This document shows, piece by piece, positions 1 to 7,175 of a DNA stretch of 10,498 nt. The first letter of the stretch is position 1; the number at the start of each line of letters is the position of its first letter. The DNA comes from Zygophlyctis sp. KS116 (lineage: Eukaryota > Fungi > Chytridiomycota). Where the stretch lies: the NCBI GenBank assembly GCA_054661495.1, contig BAAFSQ010000324.1, positions 1 through 10,498 on the forward strand. The letters are read 5' to 3'. The position numbers were made by a program, and so were the translations under genes. A model generated the notes under the pieces. It worked only from the letters and a program-made list of their open reading frames with translations, ran no database searches and was not told where the DNA came from.

Positions 1-1
1 T

Positions 2-342
2 AATTACTCTCAAAATACTCCAAAACTCTTGAAAATTATAGATGTATATCTTGTCTTTATCATGGCCTCTGGAATTACTCAGTTTATATACATGGCTATT
101 GTAGGAAATTTCCCTTACAATGCATTTCTGTCTGGATTTGCAGCAACTGTAGGAACGTTTGTGCTGGCAGGTATATTTATTAGTCTTAGAGTAGCAAATT
201 TACGTATACAATTTAATCCTGAAAATAAGGTGTCTCAGACTCAAGAAAGGTATAATAATTTCTTATAATTTTCAGGGCTTTTGCAGAATATGTGTTTTCT
301 AGTCTAATCTTGTACGGTTTTGTGATAAATTGGATTGGATGA
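2..342 (+). CDS. DAD1: Oligosaccharyltransferase subunit DAD1/OST2, 5'-partial (start lies before the window)
   Basis: Exons <2-170, 195-249, 276-342; GT-AG introns 171-194 (24 nt) and 250-275 (26 nt). The spliced product ...TPKLLKIIDVYL...GNFPYNAFLSGF...FVLAANLRIQ...ERAFAEYVFSSLILYGFVINWIG* carries the DAD family motifs. Stop TGA at 340-342. Confidence 0.95.
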
Positions 343-434
343 GAATAAAAATAAAAATAAACACCTTGAACTAAATCCAACTAAACTAAAAAAAAGAGAA
401 AAAATCTACTTTTATATAATTTCTTTATTTGAAA

Positions 435-1185
435 TTACAATTTATTAAACGCTGCTACATCAACTGACTGCACATAATCTTCAAGAGATGTAATCTGATC
501 TGATAAATCATCAACACCAACCTTGTCATCTTCAATGACACAAGTGATTTGAAGTTTTTTAATTCCATAACCTACTGCAACCAATTTATTAGCACCCCAT
601 ACCAATCCATCCATCTTAATATCCATTACACCCTTTGTCAATGCAGCCATATCTGTTTCATCATCCCAAGGCTTAACATCTAAAATAACCATAGATTTAG
701 CAGCTGGCTTTGGTTTTGCAGCCTTTCTAGCATTATATTCAGCTAATCTTTGAGCCTTTAATTTTTCAGCTTCAGCATCTTCCTCCTCATCATCAGATCC
801 AAAAAGATCAATATCTTCTTCTTCTTCCTTTTTAGACGCTGGAGATGCCTTTGCTTTTGGCAAATTTGTCTTATTGATTGCTGATAAATGCACAGCCCAT
901 CTCAACACATGTTGAAATCCAGAGAGCTTTTGTAAAGTGTGTTTTGCTACTTTATCATAAACTTCAACATCTTCAGTAGAGGCATTGAATCTAAATATTA
1001 AAAAAGAATAAAGATCATCAGTATTCTAATTATCATCTCTTTCAGAAACACGGACCTAGAAAAAATCACATCATTTGATCTCTTTAAACTTACCCAGCAA
1101 TGTATGATTTATCTTGTAAGTGATTGTTTAGAGCTAAAAGACCAGAGTCTTGATCCAAGTTTGAGAATTTGTTTGTTGCAGTCAT
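435..1185 (-). CDS. EFB1: Translation elongation factor 1-beta (215 aa)
   Basis: Exon 1 is 1185-1094 ([10 protein letters not shown]...[13 protein letters not shown]). A 103-nt intron 1093-991 (GTAAGT...TTTAG) follows, then exon 2 990-435. Contains [36 protein letters not shown] and [13 protein letters not shown], diagnostic of the EF1B GEF domain. Confidence 0.97.
1013..1080 (-). ncRNA. snR18: Box C/D snoRNA U18/snR18 (SNORD18), intronic in EF-1beta
   Basis: Minus strand reads GATCA-A-ATGATGT (C)...GGTCCGTGTTT-CTGA (D')...ATGATA (C')...CTGA (D)-TGATC, with a GATCA/TGATC terminal stem. The guide is complementary to conserved LSU rRNA GAAACACGGACC; the D'+5 rule points to yeast Am649. S. cerevisiae snR18 is also hosted in the EFB1 intron. 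Confidence 0.93.
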
Positions 1186-1239
1186 TTTTATTTTATTTTT
1201 TTACTAAACCCTGTACATTGTTTAACGTTTTTTACTCTT

Positions 1240-1272
1240 GACTGTGCCTCGACTGTGCCTCGACTGTGCCTC
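1240..1272. repeat. Perfect tandem repeat (GACTGTGCCTC)x3
   Basis: Three exact 11-nt copies at 1240-1250, 1251-1261 and 1262-1272, in the divergent spacer between EF-1beta and the snoRNA cluster. Confidence 0.97.
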
Positions 1273-1382
1273 TTTCTAACCTTGGTATCACCTAGGCTTT
1301 TTTACTTTTTACTTGTTTTTACGCTCAGGGTTACTCTAGATTTTTTTAAAAAAAAGGTAAAAAATATTTTTAAATTTTTTGA

Positions 1383-1472
1383 AATTCCTAATGATGAAAA
1401 TGGCATTTGGCTTGATTTTCAAAATGAAGTAAAAAAGTCAGCTACCTATCATTGACATTTCCTGAGGGGATT
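1383..1472 (+). ncRNA. snR13: Box C/D snoRNA, snR13 homologue (LSU Am2280 guide)
   Basis: C box ATGATGA 1391-1397; guide GGCATTTGGC 1402-1411; D' TTGA 1412-1415; C' ATGAAGT 1424-1430; D CTGA 1462-1465; terminal stem AATTCCT/GGGGATT. The guide pairs with LSU GCCAAAUGCC (D'+5 = A2280). GCTACCT at 1441-1447 pairs with the adjacent rRNA AGGUAGC, an element I recall in yeast snR13. Confidence 0.88.
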
Positions 1473-1506
1473 ATCAATTTTTATAAACTAACAATTTTAG
1501 ATTTTT

Positions 1507-1588
1507 GACAATGATTAGAATTGAAGTAACATAGGGACATCATAGTCAAAAGACGAAGATGAGTTTACGGGTGAACAATCAATGAGTC
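1507..1588 (+). ncRNA. Dual-guide box C/D snoRNA (snR64/U74-type Cm2337 guide plus snR52-type Um2921 guide)
   Basis: GAC/GTC terminal stem; C box ATGATTA 1511-1517; guide ATAGGGACA 1531-1539; D' CATA 1541-1544; GTC-AAAA-GAC mini-hairpin; C' AAGATGA 1556-1562; guide GGGTGAACAATC 1569-1580; D ATGA 1582-1585. The guides pair with LSU UGUCCCUAU and GAUUGUUCACCC, and the +5 rule lands on known methylated positions in both cases. Confidence 0.85.
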
Positions 1589-1707
1589 TTAATAAATCTT
1601 TTTTTTAGGAATCTTTTTTTTTTTTTAAAATTCAATTATAGTCTTTTAGAAAAAGGTAACTCTATTGCAAACAAATGGCCCGAAAACCCAAAACTAAAAA
1701 AGTTCCT

Positions 1708-1741
1708 TAACCTTGAAAGTCGCGGGTCGAGTTCAAGGTTA
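1708..1741. repeat. Perfect 10-bp inverted repeat TAACCTTGAA-N14-TTCAAGGTTA just upstream of the TBRG1-like ATG
   Basis: Arms at 1708-1717 and 1732-1741 enclose a GC-rich spacer, AGTCGCGGGTCGAG. Confidence 0.85.
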
Positions 1742-1753
1742 CACATAGAAAAA

Positions 1754-2784
1754 ATGTCAAAAGAAGCAAAATACAATCTCTTAAAGAGAAAACTAAAGGA
1801 ACTCTTACAAGAAAATTCATCTTTATCAGACAAACTAGAGAAACAAGGAGAAAAACTAAAAAATCTAAAAATTGAAAAGGATTTATTGTTGGAAAGATTG
1901 GAAAAGGATGAAGAAGCTGCAAAGGAATTTATATTAACTCATTCCCAAAAGAATCCCTCAGAAGGGTCAGTCTCGGATTTAGAAATGTCTCTAGACTCTG
2001 AATTAAAAATACTTGGAAAAGATAAAAAGAAAAAAAAGAAGAATACTCCAAAAGTAAAGAAAATTCATCCTGTAGTCACTGGGCCAGATGGACATCCTAT
2101 ATATCCTTTTAAATTAGGACTGATTACTGTTGAAAATTTGGGTCAAATTGTGTTTGAAAGGGAATCTTTTCATAATGAACGTTATATATATCCTGTAGGA
2201 TTTAGAATTAAAAGAGAATATTGGTCAACAAGAGATCCAGAATCAGTCGTCACTTTTACTTGTGAAATAAAAGATGGAGGAGCTGGTCCTCTATTTGTAG
2301 TTACACCAATGGATTTTCCACAAGATCAAGTAGTTTCTAATAGTCCGACTGGGGCTTGGTCTCAGATTTTTAAAGGTATTTGAAAATTATTTACAAAAAA
2401 TAGTTGCTTGTGAACTTCGAAATGCAGAACCTCCTAAAGCCACGTCTGGTCCAGAATATTTTGGATTTACTCAACCTACAATCGCATATCTAATTGAACA
2501 GCTTCCAAATTCTAGTCTATGTAAGAATTATCAAAAACAACAGGTATTTTTCAAAATTTAAAAAAATCTAGTTTGAAGTTTCCTCAAAGCCAGGAAGAAA
2601 ACCGTATACTCCACGTGCTAAAAAGAAAGAATTTGGTATGAATGATTTTAATGAACCTGCTGATTTGTCGTCTGATCTAACAAGAGATATAACAAGAGAA
2701 TCACAGTTTAATTCGTTTAATTCTATACCTAGAATCACATTTAATGATGGTCATTATGGACAAGTTACACCTAATCAACCGTAA
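1754..2784 (+). CDS. TBRG1: TBRG1/NIAM-like protein: INO80E-like coiled coil plus FYRN/FYRC domains (324 aa)
   Basis: Exons 1754-2375, 2404-2543, 2572-2784; introns 2376-2403 and 2544-2571 (28 nt each). N-terminal coiled coil KYNLLKRKLKELLQEN...KDLLLERL; FYRN LGQIV...FHNERYIYPVGF; FYRC SPTGAWSQI...SGPEYFGFTQPTIAYLIEQLPNSSLCKNY. Confidence 0.88.
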
Positions 2785-2817
2785 AAATTTAACACGAGCC
2801 CTAAAACCTTTTTGAAA

Positions 2818-4633
2818 ATGTCAAATTGGTTAAATTATAATCTTGACTCTTCTCAGCAACAGAATACACAAATTCCACCTTTTGCCATGAGGCCGCCCCA
2901 TTCGCCTTCTGTTAGGCCGAGGCATCCAACCCGTTTTACATCCTTTGATCAGCCCAATCAAGTACATTTACCACAAGATCAACTTTCATTGAAACCACCA
3001 CCGACGCTTCACCAGCAAGTACAAGAACAAAGTAATTTTCTCTGGGTGAATCAAAAAGTTAAAGACTCTAAAAGTAAAATTTCTAGGCCTTTAAAGAAAC
3101 TCTTGATTTCTAGAAATTTGGATAATATTGAAATTCTGGGGCAAGTTGGAGAGGGAACATATGGAAAAGTGTTCAAGGCATTTTTGAAGTCTTGTAAAAC
3201 TATTGTAGCGCTTAAAAAAATGGTTTTAAAAGAGGAAGAAAAAGGAAAGGATAAGCACAAGGATGGATTTCCTATAACTTCAATTAGAGAAATAAGGATT
3301 TTAAGGAAATTGTCACATCCAAATATTGTAGAATTACTATCAATGGTTTTAATTCCAAGTAAAAAATTAAGTATTTAATTTTAGAAATTGAAGAACCAAT
3401 GTTGTATATGGTTTTTGAATATGTAGATCATGATCTGACAGGACTTTTAAATCATCCTGATATTCATTGGGAACCAAGACATATAAAATGTATTGCAAGA
3501 CAAATGTTTGAAGGAGTTTCGCATTTACATGATCATAATATAATGCATAGGGATATGAAAGGTGTTTTTATTATTATTGATTGAAATAGGAGCAAATTTA
3601 CTACTTAGTAAAGATGGTGTATTGAAAATTGCAGATTTTGGGCTGGCAAGAGAATTACAAATTGATCAGGATTCGTTTGAAGTAAAGGAAAATTTTGAAT
3701 ATACAAATAGAGTTGTTACTCTATGGTATAGATCACCAGAATTGTTATTAGGATCTACATTATATGGGTTTGCTGTGGATTTATGGAGCTTGGGGTAATT
3801 TTTAAAAGTATTTAAACTCAAAGTTGCATATTTTTGGAACTTTTTTCCAAAAGTCCAATTTTTCAAGGGAAAACGGAAATAGATCAATGTGAGGCAATTT
3901 TCAAGGTCTGCGGGACTCCAAATTCTGAAACTTGGCCTGATTTGGTTAATATGAGCTGGTATACATTGGTCAAATTTGAAAATTATCCACCAAGAATGAA
4001 GGCGGCATTTGCGTAAGTTTTTATGACTTTTAACTAAAAGGCGCTATAATCTAACTGATATGTGTTTTAATTTAATTCAACAGTTACTCTTAATTGATCC
4101 AAGTAAAAGACCTACAATTGGTGATGCTCTAATGCACCCTTACTGGAGCGAGGAACCAAAAGCGTGTGAAAAGCAAGAGTAAATTTTTAATTGTATTTAA
4201 GCTCTATAGAATTCCTCAAGTTCAAGGAGATTGGCATGAATATGAAAGCAAACTTCGAAGAAAAGGGGTCCCAGGATCTGAGATTTTACCCCGTCTTTTA
4301 TCTCCACAACAATCCAGTACTTCATCTCTACCACATCAAAAACAAGATGATTCACATGCTCAATCTAATATTCACGAGAAGATTAGTGAAGGTTTATCCT
4401 CGAGAAAGAGGCCTACAACATCTGAAGATTCTTTAAAAAAGAAACGTAAAGAGTCTTATAATAGAGCTCTAACAGAAGGTCAGGAACCATTTTCGGCAAG
4501 TCATCACTTATCTAGTCAGTTTAATCACACTCACAATCTTGATACCCTCCCCGCTTATACTTCTAATCAGGAGGAATTGCTTATATGTAAAGATGGCTCT
4601 CTCGGGTTCGATTATTTCTATGTTTCTAGATAA
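2818..4633 (+). CDS. CTK1: RNA polymerase II CTD kinase, CTK1/Lsk1 (CDK12/13-like), about 557 aa
   Basis: Exons 2818-3358, 3385-3561, 3590-3794, 3824-4012, 4041-4178, 4210-4633; introns of 26, 28, 29, 28 and 31 nt. Motifs: [58 protein letters not shown], and the post-kinase GDWHEYESK typical of the fungal Ctk1/Lsk1 group. Confidence 0.9.
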
Positions 4634-4785
4634 ATAAATAGACTAAAGTGAATAATTTAGGATTCCAGAAATGGGCTATTGTTCCACTAATGATTTTTAA
4701 AATTCATTCTTCTAGATCTTTAAATACCACATGTGCATTAATGCAGATTAAGAGATCAATACGCAAAGTTAAATGTAACAATCAG

Positions 4786-4793
4786 TGACGTCA
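4786..4793. promoter_or_regulatory. CRE/ATF-type palindrome TGACGTCA
   Basis: Exact 8-bp bZIP consensus ending 20 nt upstream of the roadblock ATG. Function is unverified. Confidence 0.35.
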
Positions 4794-4813
4794 TACATTT
4801 GTCACATAAAAAT

Positions 4814-5272
4814 ATGGTATGTAATTAATGCTTTAATGAACATAGGCAACAAAAGAATCAACAAAAGACATCAATGATATCGAAGTAACGATAAATCGCA
4901 TTCAGTCTCATAAAGGTGTCCAAGGTATGCCGACGTATCGCGATAAGATGTAGGAATAGTCATAGCTTCTCATGAAGGCTCAGTTATCAGATCTACTCTT
5001 GATGCGATCCAAACACCTCAAATAACTCATTTATTCATTCAATTGGCTGCTAAAGGGAAGGGAGCAGTTCGTGATTTGGACCCAGAAGTAAGTAAATGCT
5101 CGTTAATTACAGGACGATTTGGCATTCTTAAGAATACGCTCAAAGAAACATGAGGTGAATTTTTTTATAAATTAATGCATAGATTATGGTGGCAGAAAGT
5201 AAATAATTAAAAATTAACAAATCAGCAAAATTATATCTTATAATAGTTATACAAAATCCCAACGAACTATGA
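4814..5272 (+). CDS. DYNLRB: Dynein light chain roadblock-type (LC7), 106 aa
   Basis: Six exons: 4814-4816 (ATG only), 4846-4924, 4954-5087, 5113-5154, 5183-5198, 5226-5272; introns of 29, 29, 25, 28 and 27 nt. The spliced product MATKESTKDINDIEVTINRIQSHKGVQGIVIASHEGSVIRSTLD...[42 protein letters not shown] matches DYNLRB1/2 closely. Confidence 0.94.
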
Positions 5273-5287
5273 AGAGAATAAAACAAA

Positions 5288-6995
5288 TTATATATTTGAA
5301 TGAAGGTTGACTATTTTCCCGATAAAGTTGTTTTGATCTTGTCTGAATAAAAGTATTCTATCTAATTGAAGCCATTCTGGCTCGTATACAAATGCAAATG
5401 TAACCAGTCGCTTAACTCCAGTAGAGTCAATTGATAAGACTTTTGCACCTTGTCTAACATTTCCAGCGTATATTACTCCTTGTGATCCAATTGTAAGCAT
5501 AAATGGTTGATTAGAGGTATCAATCTCTGCTTCAATTTTCCAGAATGCTTTTTCGGGCAAAAACGATAGGATGACTTGACCTCTTCTAATTCTAAATCCA
5601 GTAGGAGGTCCTTGATAACTAGATTGATCGTGCATAAATACGATAGAACAAGATGCTGTATGACCTGCTTCAATACGACGTATTGGTAATCTTTGACGAT
5701 GTATAGATTTGATTTTTATCGGAAGAAATTCTCCTCTATGAGGTCCAATATAATAATTCTTGTCATAATTTTCAACTGATATACTTCCAGAATAAACGAT
5801 ACCACCTACCACAACACCAATATCTATTTATAAGACAATAATTCACACCTGACCCACAAAAAACTTCTTCTATTTGGTATTCCAACTCGTTTTTTGAATT
5901 TAAAGGTACAAGAGTCTTTGGTAAAATCTTTAAAAATGTTTTAATAAGAGAAATATTTTCGCCAGTTACACTTGATGATAAAAATATTGGAATAATTCTA
6001 AAATTATTATATAAAACTTACTTTAACAATGTAAATTTTTCTATACACTCTGAAACATCAGATTCATTTTGAATTAATTGAGGTATACGATCAGTTGTCT
6101 TTATAATCTTTAGCAAGCTTTGCAGAGTCCTTTTCAACTCGTCTTGACAAGTAACATCCAATTTCGTAATACAAATAAAAAGAGGTAGTTTAAGCATGAT
6201 TGGAATTTCTAAATGCCCTCTACTTGTTCCACTTGAAAATCCAGAATTCCCCGCAACCATTAAACATACATAGTCTGGAGTAGAACCAGTTAATCCACAA
6301 ATTGTAGTTTTTTGATATTTTGGATGTCCACATGTATCAACAAATGAAATCACTTTATGAGATAACCTAGCAATATCTTGAATATTATAAACATTCAAGT
6401 TTGCAAAATTTATCAGATTCTCTGATTTATCAAAACCAATCATTATTCTAGAAATTGATGATGTCCTTCCTGTTACAATTTCATGTCTATGTCTCAACAA
6501 ATCCAACCGTGCCCTTCCTCTACCATTATCAACCTCATTATGCGATAAAACACCAAGGAGCGTAGACTTTCCAGCGTCTGAATCTCCAAGCATTGCAATT
6601 TTCACTTCTATAAACTCATCAATATCCCATTTTTTGACTAAAACTTCCACAACTATCTTATCATTGACGATTTTATGACTGAATATTGAGACATCGGCTC
6701 TTAATTCATTAGCCATTATCCTTAGAGTAGATAAAGAATTTTCCAAATCTGAAGGACATAATCCTCTTAATGTTCCATCATCCTGTACTCCAATTTCATA
6801 CAATGCCTCTCCATCCCCTTGTTCCAGTCTTTCATAAGTCCAAAGTAATTACCTCCACTTCATTTGTGTTATTAAGTGCTGTAGTTTTTCTGAGCTGGGA
6901 TTTATAAGCTTGAGTTTATATTCTATATTTCCATGAGAATCACATTCTTTTGGAAGATCTGGGAGCCTCATCAGAAGCGATGGTGTTTGTGACAT
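5288..6995 (-). CDS. GTPBP2: Translational GTPase GTPBP2 (GTPBP1/2 family), about 544 aa
   Basis: Exons 6995-6853, 6828-6022, 5997-5849, 5823-5288; introns 6852-6829 (24), 6021-5998 (24), 5848-5824 (25). N-terminal GNIEYKLKLINP...HLITQMKWRLEQGDGEALYEIGV is GTPBP2-like. G1 GDSDAGKST, RHRHEIVTGRTSSIS, G3 DTCGH, G4 TKLD, then EF-Tu-like domains II/III. Confidence 0.92.
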
Positions 6996-7123
6996 GAAAA
7001 ATGACGTACTTGCTGATCAGGAGTCAATGAGAATGATTAGATCATGAATGGTATACAAGGCATATGGTAAATTATAAGATCCAGATTCAGCACTGACTAA
7101 TTCATCAAACTATTCAAAGTAAA

Positions 7124-7152
7124 TCAATTAAATACTCAATTAAAGACTCAAT
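7124..7152. repeat. Imperfect 12-nt tandem repeat TCAATTAAA(T/G)AC x2.4
   Basis: TCAATTAAATAC 7124-7135, TCAATTAAAGAC 7136-7147, TCAAT 7148-7152, in the GTPBP2/FMO divergent spacer. Confidence 0.7.
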
Positions 7153-7175
7153 GTCAGTATGGGCGCGTGAGAAAA

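Larger units (their letters stand above)
1357..1608 (+). other. Putative snoRNA-hosting intron(s) of a non-coding or 5'-UTR host transcript
   Basis: 5' splice site AAG|GTAAAA at 1357. First acceptor: CTAAC at 1488-1492 and TTTTAG ending 1500. Second acceptor: T-tract and TAG ending 1608. No credible ORF spans the region. Confidence 0.5.

Noticed and set aside
1240-1272. CRISPR-like array or mobile element
   Set aside because: Direct tandem 11-mers without spacers in a eukaryotic context; no transposase, terminal inverted repeats or target-site duplication.
1255-1455. 66-aa ORF in the track
   Set aside because: It starts at a GTG inside the tandem repeat, is low-complexity, and overlaps the promoter region and the snR13 homologue.
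1503-1556. Alternative reading as an H/ACA 5' hairpin (TTTTGAC-A-ATGAT/ATCAT-A-GTCAAAA plus an H box)
   Set aside because: No second hairpin or ACA box. The C/D interpretation puts both guides on known methylation sites.
1703-1711. TTCCTTAAC, a perfect U12-type branch-point sequence
   Set aside because: No RTATCCT-type minor donor upstream and no AT-AC intron in the window; it overlaps the inverted repeat.
1638-1748. Possible H/ACA snoRNA (hairpin followed by ACA-TAG)
   Set aside because: The 3' hairpin has no pseudouridylation pocket and the 5' hairpin pairs poorly.
1636-1922. Two minus-strand ORFs (1636-1833, 1707-1922)
   Set aside because: Antisense shadows of the A-rich TBRG1-like coding strand, with no recognisable motifs.
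3051-4436. Shadow ORFs 3051-3260, 3666-3887 and 4191-4436
   Set aside because: Antisense or off-frame within the CTK1-like kinase.
6996-7109. In-frame TGA upstream of the GTPBP2 ATG (selenocysteine or readthrough) and a SECIS-like fold
   Set aside because: The upstream frame has no start codon or splice route to one, conserved GTPBP2 sequence begins after 6995, and the hairpin is not in a 3' UTR and lacks a proper SECIS core.
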